Shown here in pieces: positions 26,298 to 35,594 of a stretch of 44,161 nt of DNA. Every line of letters starts with the position of its first letter. Positions within the stretch are counted from its first letter, which is position 1. Under the pieces are notes generated by a model, which was not told where the DNA came from, did no database searches, and worked only from the letters and a program-made list of their open reading frames with translations. The translations under genes and the position numbers were made by a program. This stretch comes from a virus. Its lineage: Duplodnaviria; Caudoviricetes. Where the stretch lies: IMG/VR virus record IMGVR_UViG_3300032280_001176, positions 1-44,161 of that record; one strand, written 5' to 3'.

Positions 26298-27041
26298 ATG
26301 ATTATAGATGAAAAACACATTAGAGAGATCATCAGAAATAGCCTTATCAAGGAAATAGGATTTTCAAGTATTAAAAGCAGCGCTTCGTCAAGCTCATCAA
26401 GTTCTTCTAGCTCTGATTTTCAAGAAGATGAAAAATTAGGTGAAGAAGGGGCTCATTTAAACTTTAAGTATGTTTCTATCCCAAACGAACAGGCAGCTAG
26501 AAAAGCAGAATCTGAAATGGCTGCTTGGGCCGGAAAAAAAGAAAACGATCCTACTGTTAAAGAAAAACTTACAGCTTACTGGTCAAACATCAAAGACATC
26601 TTCAAACAAGATCCAGAAGTATCTATAAACAAGAGCGAACCCTGGAGCGCTGCTTTTATATCTTATGTAATGAATGATCCTTTTTTTAGAAGTTCTGCAC
26701 ATATAACTTGGAAGAACAAAGCTGAGAAGAACACACAGGCAGTAAAAGCTAATCCTGCTTCTTTTGCTGGAAAAGAAACTTACATTTTACTTCCAATTGA
26801 TAATAATGTCAAGCTAGAAAGAGGAGATAATGTTTGGGCGCCTCGTGAAGGCGGTCCGAACAAAAGTCACTCAGATGTTGTTGTTTCTCCTACAGAAGTA
26901 ATTGGCGGAAATGTTTCTGATTCGGTTGGAAAGAAAAAAATAAATCATCCTTTTGTAATCAAGAAAGTTAAAATTATTGGGCCTGTAGAAAATTCAAACG
27001 CTGCTTCTAGTGAAGAAGCTAAAAAGCCTAGCGTCGCTTAG
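26298..27041 (+). CDS. DUF2272-like (CHAP/NlpC-related) protein
   Basis: YW...PWSAAFISYVM...SAH...GD...SHSDVVV...IGGNVSDSV. Confidence 0.7.
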   Translation: MIIDEKHIREIIRNSLIKEIGFSSIKSSASSSSSSSSSSDFQEDEKLGEEGAHLNFKYVSIPNEQAARKAESEMAAWAGKKENDPTVKEKLTAYWSNIKDIFKQDPEVSINKSEPWSAAFISYVMNDPFFRSSAHITWKNKAEKNTQAVKANPASFAGKETYILLPIDNNVKLERGDNVWAPREGGPNKSHSDVVVSPTEVIGGNVSDSVGKKKINHPFVIKKVKIIGPVENSNAASSEEAKKPSVA

Positions 27042-27435
27042 CCTCATAAATTCTTTCTCTGCCGGGTGAGCTTTTAGCAAATAGCTTTAAGAGCTCACCT
27101 GCTTTCGCATTTGCTTGATCCTCGTGAAATCCACCAGCATCTCTTATCGGTCCACGGATCAATCCTGATTGATTTTGCATCATATGAGTTAGTTCATGTG
27201 CAACTGATCTCATAATGTCAGGAACTGCTCTATTTTTACCATAGATGTAGCAACATTGATCTTCCATGTTAAAAACAGCAGTTGTTGAGATGTTATAAGG
27301 AGCTCGCTCTGAAACAATATAGATCGAGAAATCTCCCTCTATTGGAAGCATTTCTGCACAAAAAAGGCAAAACTCGCCTACCAATCTTGTCTTTTCTGAA
27401 TCAATACCTAAGTTTTTATCCATATAAAGCTTCAT
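27028..27435 (-). CDS. HExxH zinc metallopeptidase-like protein
   Basis: RSVAHELTHMMQ...EDQANAKAG. Confidence 0.7.
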   Translation of the reverse strand: MKLYMDKNLGIDSEKTRLVGEFCLFCAEMLPIEGDFSIYIVSERAPYNISTTAVFNMEDQCCYIYGKNRAVPDIMRSVAHELTHMMQNQSGLIRGPIRDAGGFHEDQANAKAGELLKLFAKSSPGRERIYEAKRR

Positions 27436-28205
27436 GATGAATACTCTCCCATTTTTTTCTCAAATATTGAAGAGTCAATAATCTTTAAAGTTCCATCTTC
27501 AAAACTTTGTCCGATATTCCCTTCACTAAGGTCATTAGCATCTACTCCAAATCTTTGAATCGCTTTTGATAAATCTAAAAACCAGCCTTCATAATAAATT
27601 CCAAAGTTAAAAATATAATCAATCATTTCATTGTAAGTTTCTTTTGGAATTTTTAAAGATGATATAGGATCATAAAAAATTTCACTTTTTGTCTTTGAAG
27701 CGATTGATGCAAGTATCAATATAAAAAGTTTATAATGACTCAAGTAAGCGTAATTAACGCCTTTTTCTGCTTCGAACTTCGGAAAAATCTCATTTTTAAT
27801 ATAATCTAAGAGTCGTGGCATGCTGTTTTGAAGCCCTATTTTCCACTTTTCGTCGTCCTCTTCTAATAAAATATCACATTTTTCAGATACAATCCAGAGA
27901 TAGTCAGTGTGAGATGCATAAACTTTTGGAAAAATAGATGGAAAATTGTCACTCACAACCTTTTCAGCATAGTTGGAAAAGTTAGATTCTTCTTTAGAGA
28001 GTTTAATGACATGATTGCTGTCAGACAAGTGTTCAAATACTTCTCTATATCCGCCGCTTCCTAATCTTTTAAATTGTTTTGATTTTCTTATACTTGTTAC
28101 AACATCGTCGTAATCATCACCTGATAGTATGTCAATCCAAGGAAAGTATTTGCTTTGACTTTCTTTGAGAAATTTTCTCCATTCTTTTAATAACTCTTTC
28201 ATCAC
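27432..28205 (-). CDS. protein-kinase-like fold protein
   Basis: LGSGGYREVF, VIKL, DLSEGNIG catalytic loop, LKIID. Confidence 0.7.
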   Translation of the reverse strand: MMKELLKEWRKFLKESQSKYFPWIDILSGDDYDDVVTSIRKSKQFKRLGSGGYREVFEHLSDSNHVIKLSKEESNFSNYAEKVVSDNFPSIFPKVYASHTDYLWIVSEKCDILLEEDDEKWKIGLQNSMPRLLDYIKNEIFPKFEAEKGVNYAYLSHYKLFILILASIASKTKSEIFYDPISSLKIPKETYNEMIDYIFNFGIYYEGWFLDLSKAIQRFGVDANDLSEGNIGQSFEDGTLKIIDSSIFEKKMGEYSS

Positions 28206-28993
28206 TACCTCACATGTTTATCATACATTTCTTTAACTATTTCTAATCTTGTTCCTCCTGTAATTTGATGAAAATCAATTACAGAAACATCAAGTATTGA
28301 AACAAGTTCTCCTTTTTTATTTAGGACACCAGAGCCAGAACTTCCTTGAACACCAGGAATAGTATAGAAGCAGTATTTAAGATTCTGATCGCAACCAGAA
28401 AATCTACCACTGAAGATTAGTCTAAGTGTGTGTGAAAACATTCCAAGTGGTGAAGATGAAGTAAAAACTTCTTCACCTATTTCTGGATATCTACTTGATG
28501 GTTTGATCTTTTTAACCTTGTAGGCGTAAGGAGAACTGAAAGTAATTACACATATGTCATTAACCATATCTGAAAATATTTCTTCTATGTAATAGAACTC
28601 CCCGTAAAATGCAACTCTTTTCTCAATCTTGTAAGTATTATCAGGATTTATTAGTGCCATTGTCTTGATAACACTCAAATAGCTTTCATCATCAGCACTA
28701 CACCAATGACCAGCAGTAAAAGCATAAACTTTGTTTAACGATCCTTTGACAGCAATTCCAGATGCTGAATTTAGAGTTTGTCCGGCTTCAACTCCGTTTT
28801 TTGCTGTGACTGCTAGGTAAGTGTCTAAATATAAGAAATTTTGGACAGGATAGGGCGTATTACTTACATCATAAAGATTATTAAATTGTGAGATGTGTGT
28901 AGATGTTTTTCTTGAACTTTCAAGTTGAGTGCAAAGTAAGGCAAACAATGTTACAATAAGTGAGTAAATCATAAGTTTTTTAGCCAGTTCCAT
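28205..28993 (-). CDS. trypsin-like serine protease with N-terminal membrane anchor
   Basis: TAGHWC, NDIC, GSSGSGVLN..GELV; GGAGGA RBS before ATG 28993. Confidence 0.8.
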   Translation of the reverse strand: MELAKKLMIYSLIVTLFALLCTQLESSRKTSTHISQFNNLYDVSNTPYPVQNFLYLDTYLAVTAKNGVEAGQTLNSASGIAVKGSLNKVYAFTAGHWCSADDESYLSVIKTMALINPDNTYKIEKRVAFYGEFYYIEEIFSDMVNDICVITFSSPYAYKVKKIKPSSRYPEIGEEVFTSSSPLGMFSHTLRLIFSGRFSGCDQNLKYCFYTIPGVQGSSGSGVLNKKGELVSILDVSVIDFHQITGGTRLEIVKEMYDKHVR

Positions 28994-29053
28994 ATTTCCT
29001 CCGACAAAAGTTTTAAACATTACTGATATTAAATATCAGAGGACAGATCAAAA

Positions 29054-30022
29054 ATGAAAAATTTTACTGATGGGATTAAAAGTATTCAGTTTGGTTATGC
29101 ATGTATTAATCTTACGCTGCAAGAGGCCAAAAAGAACAAGGTTACTTGCAACAGAACTATGATTAAAAAGACCTTCGATGCCAAAGGTAAAGAGTATGCT
29201 TCAGAGCTGGCAGAATTAAACACAAGAGATCTTCTACCTATTCTTGATTGGAACCACAAGAATGGTATTCGTGTGTTTAGAATGACATCCTCGTTGTTCC
29301 CATGGGCTTCTGAATACATGCTTGAAGACCTTCCTGGGTTTGAAAAGATTTCTAAAAATCTTAAGGCTGCAGGAGATTACGCAATTCAACACGGAATTCG
29401 CCTTTCTTTCCATCCCGGTCCTTTCAACATTCTTACTTCAACAAAGTCTGACGTTGTCAAAAATTCTGTTGTGGATTTGGCAATCCATGGAAAAATTATG
29501 GATCTTATGGGCTTGCCTAGAAGTCATTGGGCAAAAATTAATATTCATATCGGTGCTTCTTATGGCGATCGCGCATCAGCAATCGATCGGTGGGTTAAAA
29601 ACTTTGATCTACTCCCCGACAGTGTTAAAACTCGCTTAACTGTCGAGAATGACGATAGAGAAAGCTTATTTTCAACCAAAGATCTCTACGAAGGCATTTA
29701 TAAGAAGTTAGGAACTCCAATTGTTTTTGACTATCACCATCATAAGTTTAGAAATGACGGCGAGTCTGAAGAAGAATGTCATGCCATGGCTTTTGAATCC
29801 TGGGGTAAAATTCGGCCTTGCTTCCACTATTCAGAATCTGCTGCTCAAAAAGAAAGTGCTGATAAGAAAGACAATGCACATAGTGAATATGTTTATGACA
29901 AAATCGAAGACTACGGAAAAGATTTCGATGTGGTAATCGAAGCAAAAGCAAAAGAGTTGGCACTTCTTAAATACAGATCAATTCACAACATTATTCCTTC
30001 ATCGCTTCTGTCTTCTTTTTAG
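29054..30022 (+). CDS. uvsE: UV DNA damage endonuclease
   Basis: FGYACIN, FRMTSSLFPW, RLSFHPGPF, LTVENDD, VFDYHHH, EAKAKE. Confidence 0.93.
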   Translation: MKNFTDGIKSIQFGYACINLTLQEAKKNKVTCNRTMIKKTFDAKGKEYASELAELNTRDLLPILDWNHKNGIRVFRMTSSLFPWASEYMLEDLPGFEKISKNLKAAGDYAIQHGIRLSFHPGPFNILTSTKSDVVKNSVVDLAIHGKIMDLMGLPRSHWAKINIHIGASYGDRASAIDRWVKNFDLLPDSVKTRLTVENDDRESLFSTKDLYEGIYKKLGTPIVFDYHHHKFRNDGESEEECHAMAFESWGKIRPCFHYSESAAQKESADKKDNAHSEYVYDKIEDYGKDFDVVIEAKAKELALLKYRSIHNIIPSSLLSSF

Positions 30023-30305
30023 AAGCATCTTTTCTCTGCTCAGCGTAATCTAATGCTCTTTTTAGGCGAGATTTAACTTCAGGATCTTTAGCATTTTCAT
30101 ATGCTGCTCTGACTCTCTGATGTATGAGATTTATTATCTGTGATTTTCGAGCGTGAGATTTTGATTTAAATGTTTCTTTAGAAAGAGTATCTTGAATATC
30201 TGATGCAGTTCTAAATTTTACGCTAACTGTGTCTTTAGGATTTTCATCTGTATAAAGCCTGCGGCTACTGCCAGCGGGCTTTTTTCCTGTGCCTATCTTA
30301 GGTTC
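29991..30305 (-). CDS. start-less reading frame, probable -1 frameshift extension of 30293-31063
   Basis: 104 open codons EPKIGTGKKPAGSSRRLYTDENPKDTV...EAMKE*; no upstream start codon; joins the upstream gene at the A9 run. Confidence 0.65.
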   Translation of the reverse strand, partial: EPKIGTGKKPAGSSRRLYTDENPKDTVSVKFRTASDIQDTLSKETFKSKSHARKSQIINLIHQRVRAAYENAKDPEVKSRLKRALDYAEQRKDASKKKTEAMKE

Positions 30306-31063
30306 TTTTTTTTTGACTCTTCTAAAGTTTCTATAGAAACAGACTCGTTTTTGCTTCTATGGTTTTGAACTTTCTTCCATTCACTCTTGTCGACTGATCT
30401 TGTCTTTCCGCCTCTGATGAAGGAATTAACTCTTGCCATCGCCCAAGCGTGCTGAGGAATACCTTGTCTATGTCCAGTAAGCCAAGCAGCCAAACCTTTT
30501 CTATAAACAGATGTTAGTGCTCCTAAAGGCATGTTTGCATTTTTTGCTTTTTTTGAAAGAGTTTTTTTAACTTTTGCAGAGATACCTTCGTCAAGTTTAA
30601 TTTCTTTGATTTCATTTATTAAAGATTCAATTTCTTCTAAAGATTCTTTCATCTTCTTTGACTTTTTATAAGACTTGTCAGCAGTCCATTCATCATAGCA
30701 GCTTTTGGGTGGGTTAGGATCTGAGCACTTATTAATCTCTTTTGCCATTTGCGAGTTTGATTTCTTAGTGCCTTTATAGTAGTTCGGGTTGCCAGGTCGC
30801 TTATTTTTCTTCTCATCTAAGTTTAAATCTTCTTCGCTGCTATTTACAACTTCTGCAACTTCATTTTGCTCTTTATCATCAGCGATCTTTTTTAAAGCTT
30901 TCGAAGGGAGAAAATCCATTCTTGTCACATTAGAGTTTTTATCTGCGCCAAATTTAACGCTTCTTTCACCTCTTTCAGCATCTTTCTTTTCTTCTAACTG
31001 ACTATTTGATTCAATCAGTTGTAAATCTTCCTCTAATTTTCTTAAGATACTTCTATAAATCAT
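30293..31063 (-). CDS. hypothetical viral protein (VYRKGLAAW.TGHR.G...WA.ARV domain)
   Basis: ORF track; motif recalled from large-virus hypothetical families. Confidence 0.7.
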   Translation of the reverse strand: MIYRSILRKLEEDLQLIESNSQLEEKKDAERGERSVKFGADKNSNVTRMDFLPSKALKKIADDKEQNEVAEVVNSSEEDLNLDEKKNKRPGNPNYYKGTKKSNSQMAKEINKCSDPNPPKSCYDEWTADKSYKKSKKMKESLEEIESLINEIKEIKLDEGISAKVKKTLSKKAKNANMPLGALTSVYRKGLAAWLTGHRQGIPQHAWAMARVNSFIRGGKTRSVDKSEWKKVQNHRSKNESVSIETLEESKKKNLR

Positions 31064-31131
31064 CTTCTTCCCTTATTTAATTAAATTTCAAAATATATAT
31101 TATGTATGCAAGCGATTTATCGGGAGAAATA

Positions 31132-32301
31132 ATGTCAGTTTTTAGAACTCATAAAACTATAGCTGATCGTTCAGCAACAGATCGATCAAGACATAAGAAG
31201 AAAATTGAAAAAGCTATTAAAGAAGGGATTCACGATATTGTTGCTGAAGAGTCAATTATAGGTCAAGACGGCAAAAAGCAGATTAGGGTTCCGGTTCGAG
31301 GTATTAAGCAGTATAGATTCGTTTATGGTTCAGGTACGGGTTCAAAGGGTGTAGGATCAGCGCAAGGTAAAGACGTTAGAAAAGGTCAAGTAATCAAAGA
31401 AGGTAGTCCTCCAGGTCAAGGACAAGGTCCAGGAAAAGGTGGAAAAGAAAAGGGAGAAGAATTCTACGATGTAGAAATTTCTCTCGAAGAATTAGCAAAG
31501 TATTTGTTTGATGATCTAAATCTACCAGATTTAGACAGAAAGAAAGCAGATGCCATTTTCTCTGAAAAATTAAAGAGAAAAGGTTACAGAAGTGAAGGTA
31601 TTAGAGTTCGTCTTTCTAAAAAAGAAACTCTTAAAAATAAGATAAGAAGACAAAAAAGTGCTGAGAGAAATGGAACTTATGATCCTGAAGAGGATGAAAG
31701 CTTTCCTTTTCATCAAGATGACTTAATGTATAAACACATTGATGTCAAGAAGAAGCCTATTACAAGTGCTGTAATTTTCTTCATCATGGATGTGTCAGGG
31801 TCAATGGACAAGCACAAGAAGTTTTTAGCAAGATCTTTCTTCTTCTTGCTATATCAGTTTATTAGATACAAGTATGAAAAAGTAGATTTGGTATTTATCT
31901 CTCACACAACTGAAGGTAAAGAAGTAAATGAAAATGACTTCTTTAAGAGTGCCTCCACTGGCGGAACGATGATATCTTCAGGATTACAAACAGAAATCTC
32001 TGCTGTAGAAGACAGATATCCAACCAGTGCATGGAATATTTATAGCTTTCACTGTAGTGACGGAGAAAACTTTGAAGAAGATAATCCGAAGGCACTTAAA
32101 GCAATGGAAAAAATTATTGGATTTTCTCAAATGACAGGCTACATTCAGATTAATCATTCTGGAGAAAAGATTTATGGTCAAGAAATGACCAAAATCTTTG
32201 CGCCGTTAGAAAGTGAAAAGTTTAAGCTTGTTAAGATTGTAAAGAAAGAGGACATATGGCCTCAGTTTAAGAAACTTTTTGGAGGAGGTATCGATGTCTG
32301 A
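31132..32301 (+). CDS. yeaH: YeaH/YhbH (DUF444) vWA-domain protein
   Basis: DRSRH, IRVPVRGIKQYRF, Gly-rich linker, MDVSGSM MIDAS, SDGEN; GGGAG RBS before ATG 31132. Confidence 0.9.
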   Translation: MSVFRTHKTIADRSATDRSRHKKKIEKAIKEGIHDIVAEESIIGQDGKKQIRVPVRGIKQYRFVYGSGTGSKGVGSAQGKDVRKGQVIKEGSPPGQGQGPGKGGKEKGEEFYDVEISLEELAKYLFDDLNLPDLDRKKADAIFSEKLKRKGYRSEGIRVRLSKKETLKNKIRRQKSAERNGTYDPEEDESFPFHQDDLMYKHIDVKKKPITSAVIFFIMDVSGSMDKHKKFLARSFFFLLYQFIRYKYEKVDLVFISHTTEGKEVNENDFFKSASTGGTMISSGLQTEISAVEDRYPTSAWNIYSFHCSDGENFEEDNPKALKAMEKIIGFSQMTGYIQINHSGEKIYGQEMTKIFAPLESEKFKLVKIVKKEDIWPQFKKLFGGGIDV

Positions 32302-33613
32302 TTGGTCATTAGAACAGCTCAAGCTTTGGGATGATAAAATTTGTGAAAAAGCAAGAAGCTATGGTCTCGACTGGTATCCAATAGATTATGAAATCTGTGA
32401 CTATTATGAGATGATAGGTCATATGTCTTATCACGGCATGCCTTCTTACTTTAATCACTGGTCATTTGGTAAATCATTCGAAAGAACACATTTCATGTAC
32501 AATGCCGGAGCTGAAGGGCTACCTTACGAGCTCATTATCAACAGTGATCCTTCAATTGCTTATCTGATGCGTCAAAATGAACTCTTTCTACAGATTTTAA
32601 TTATGGCTCACTGTGTAGGACATAGTGACTTTTTCAAGAACAACAGGTGTTTTAAAGACACAGATCCTAAAAATGTTGTTTCAAGAATGAGAAATGCAAA
32701 AAAGAGAATACAGGGATATGTTGAAAACCCAAACATTGGTATCGATCAAGTAGAATCTTTCATAGATAATTTGCAAGCACTCTCATTTCAGACAAACAGA
32801 TATGGAATTCCTAGAAAGTCAAAGCTAGAGATCAAGAACTCAGAAATTGAAAGATATAACCTTTTAAAAGAAAAAGGAATAAATCTTGATCAAAAGCATT
32901 TAGACAAAAAACTTTTGCAACCTGACTATGATCTTTTTGCATTCTTTCAAGAGTATTCTTCTGAAAAATTTACTGATTGGCAACTTGATATTTTTGATAT
33001 CATGCATAGAGAATCCTTGTACTTTATTCCACAAATTAAAACTAAAATTTTAAATGAAGGATGGGCAAGCTTCTGGCATTACAAGATTTTACACGATCTT
33101 GCACTTGAAGATGAGTATCATCTTCCTTTCTTAAAACTACACAATGCAGTAGTTAGACCTCACATAGGTGGTCTAAACCCTTATCATATTGGATTCTATA
33201 TCTTTAATAAGATTGAAAAAGAACATGGTTTGGAAGCATGTTTCGAAGCCAGAGAAATTCATGATGATGTTTCTGCATGTAGAATTTATCTTGACGAAGA
33301 AGACATGAGAGAACTCAATATCTTCTCATTTGTCAGAAATAAGCACGGAGAAGTAAAAATCTCTGAAGTTGCTGACGAAGATGACTGGACAGTAGTTAAG
33401 AAAGAAATGCTTCGAAGCATAGGCATAGGAAGTATTCCTCAAATTTATGTAGAAAGAATTGAAAAAGACGGAACACTGGTTCTTAAGCATGAATATGATG
33501 GAAGAGATTTAGACTTAGAACATGCGACAAAAGTTGTCGGTCACATTAAGGATCTATGGAAAGACAATGTTCGTCTATACACGATTTTAGAAGATGAAGT
33601 TTGGGAAATATGA
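32294..33613 (+). CDS. spoVR: SpoVR/YcgB family protein
   Basis: HWSFGK, YELIINSDP, AHCVGHSDFFKNN, TKILNEGWASFWH, NPYHIG. Confidence 0.92.
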   Translation: MSDWSLEQLKLWDDKICEKARSYGLDWYPIDYEICDYYEMIGHMSYHGMPSYFNHWSFGKSFERTHFMYNAGAEGLPYELIINSDPSIAYLMRQNELFLQILIMAHCVGHSDFFKNNRCFKDTDPKNVVSRMRNAKKRIQGYVENPNIGIDQVESFIDNLQALSFQTNRYGIPRKSKLEIKNSEIERYNLLKEKGINLDQKHLDKKLLQPDYDLFAFFQEYSSEKFTDWQLDIFDIMHRESLYFIPQIKTKILNEGWASFWHYKILHDLALEDEYHLPFLKLHNAVVRPHIGGLNPYHIGFYIFNKIEKEHGLEACFEAREIHDDVSACRIYLDEEDMRELNIFSFVRNKHGEVKISEVADEDDWTVVKKEMLRSIGIGSIPQIYVERIEKDGTLVLKHEYDGRDLDLEHATKVVGHIKDLWKDNVRLYTILEDEVWEI

Positions 33614-33659
33614 TTAAACGACACTATTTATATACGTTATGATTAACCCAGGAGAAAAA

Positions 33660-35594
33660 ATGGCCAACAAAGATTTTTTAAGTGTTATCAAAAATAAGAG
33701 AAACCAAAAGAAGGAAGAAAAGTTTAAAGGAACTTTTCTTGACTATCTAAACTTGTTAAGTGAAAATCCAGAAATTGTTAAATTGGCACATAAGCGTCTT
33801 TACGAGTCAATTGAAAAAAAGGGCACGAGAGTTCTCGATGTAGATTCTCCTGAGTACAGGCCTATTTTTAATGGCGACAAACTAAGAGTTTATGACTATT
33901 TCGCATCAGAATTTTATGGAATGGAATCAGTCATAAATAAGCTGCTGAGATTTTTAAAGTCAGCTGCACATAAGGGTGAAGAAAGTCGTCAAGTACTTCT
34001 TCTCATGGGACCTGTTGGCGCAGGCAAGTCAGCTCTAATTGATGCTGTTAAGAGAGCACTTGAGGATGCAGATAATCACTATCATCTCGATGGTTGCCCT
34101 GTAAGAGAAGAGCCTCTACATTTGCTTCCAAGAAGTTTAAGAGCTGAGTTTGAACAAATGCTCGGTATTCACATTGAAGGTGATCTTTGCCCAATTTGCC
34201 GTCATCGCCTAATGGAAGAGTTTGATGGTGAATACGAAAGATTCCCAGTAGTAGTCAGTTCTTTCTCACAACGTGGCCGCCGCGGCATTGCTGTAGTACC
34301 TCCAATGGATGCAAACTCTCAAGACGTTAGTGTTCTTATTGGAACTGAAGACATTAGTAAGCTTGATAAATATTCAGAAGATGATCCAAGAGTTTTATCA
34401 CTAAATGGTGCATTTAACGTAGGAAACAGAGGTATCGTAGAATTCGTAGAAGTATTTAAGAACGAAATCGAATTTTTGCACACCATGCTTACTGCAACGC
34501 AAGAAAAGCGTGTTCCTTCTCCTGGCAAAAATGATATGATTTACTTTGATGGCGTAATTCTATCACACTGTAACGAAAGTGAGTGGAACCGATTCAAAGG
34601 CGAGCATACCAACGAAGCTATTCTCGACCGCGTTCTTAAAATTGAAGTGCCTTATGTTCTTGAGCTAGATCAAGAGCAAAAGATTTACGAGAAGATGATT
34701 CGTAGATCTGATTTTAATGGAGCACATATTTCACCTCACACTTTGAAAGTGGCAGCAATGTTCTCAGTAATGAGTCGTCTAACGCCTTCAAATAAGTGCG
34801 ATATCTTGACTAAGATGAAGATTTACAACGGCGACAAGATCATAGAGAAGGGTCGTGTTAAGAAAGTTGACATCAGAGATCTAAAGGCTGAGGCCGCAGA
34901 TGAAGGTATGGATGGTGTTTCTACAAGATTCATCATGAAGGCACTCGATGCTGCTCTTTCAGATTCTGATGCCAACATGATCACACCTATCAATGTAATG
35001 GACAGCTTGATTAAGCAGATTTCTGAACAGATCGTTGATAAAGACACCAAGACTCGCTATCTTGAGATTGTTCAGAATACCATTAGAGAAGAGTATCTAA
35101 AGATTCTTGAGAATGAAATTGCAAAGGCATTCGTCACCGCTTATGACGAACAGGCACAATCACTCTTTGACTCTTACATGGATAATGCCGAAGCCTTTAC
35201 AACTAAGTCAAAATTCAAAAACAAGATTACTCGTGAAGAAAGTGAACCTGACGAGAGATTTATGAGATCAATTGAAGAAATGATTGGTGTTGTAGGAACT
35301 GCTCGTGATGGATTTAGATCAGATGTAACAGCTTTCATGTTTAGTAAGCTTCGTAAGGGTGAAAAAGTTAATTACCAGTCTTACGGACCACTAAAAGAAG
35401 CTGTTCAACAGTATTTGATCAACTCCGTTAAGGATATCGCAAGAATCGTTACAAGATCGAAGTCACGTGATGACGACCAGAAAAAGAAGTACAGCGACAT
35501 GGTAAAAACGCTTATTGAAGAGTACAATTACAATGAGCATTCTGCCGAGGAAATCCTAACATATGCATCAAACAACTTGTGGCGAGACTCATAA
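33660..35594 (+). CDS. prkA: PrkA/YeaG AAA+ serine kinase
   Basis: LMGPVGAGKS, GCPVREEPLHL, NRGIVEFVEVFK, NEAILDR, EGMDGVSTRF; AGGAG RBS. Confidence 0.92.
   Translation: MANKDFLSVIKNKRNQKKEEKFKGTFLDYLNLLSENPEIVKLAHKRLYESIEKKGTRVLDVDSPEYRPIFNGDKLRVYDYFASEFYGMESVINKLLRFLKSAAHKGEESRQVLLLMGPVGAGKSALIDAVKRALEDADNHYHLDGCPVREEPLHLLPRSLRAEFEQMLGIHIEGDLCPICRHRLMEEFDGEYERFPVVVSSFSQRGRRGIAVVPPMDANSQDVSVLIGTEDISKLDKYSEDDPRVLSLNGAFNVGNRGIVEFVEVFKNEIEFLHTMLTATQEKRVPSPGKNDMIYFDGVILSHCNESEWNRFKGEHTNEAILDRVLKIEVPYVLELDQEQKIYEKMIRRSDFNGAHISPHTLKVAAMFSVMSRLTPSNKCDILTKMKIYNGDKIIEKGRVKKVDIRDLKAEAADEGMDGVSTRFIMKALDAALSDSDANMITPINVMDSLIKQISEQIVDKDTKTRYLEIVQNTIREEYLKILENEIAKAFVTAYDEQAQSLFDSYMDNAEAFTTKSKFKNKITREESEPDERFMRSIEEMIGVVGTARDGFRSDVTAFMFSKLRKGEKVNYQSYGPLKEAVQQYLINSVKDIARIVTRSKSRDDDQKKKYSDMVKTLIEEYNYNEHSAEEILTYASNNLWRDS

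Noticed and set aside
30293-30295. TAG read-through or alternative genetic code
   Set aside because: The downstream protein-like sequence is in a different frame, and known genes (for example phoH and DUF192) end normally at TAG under the standard code.
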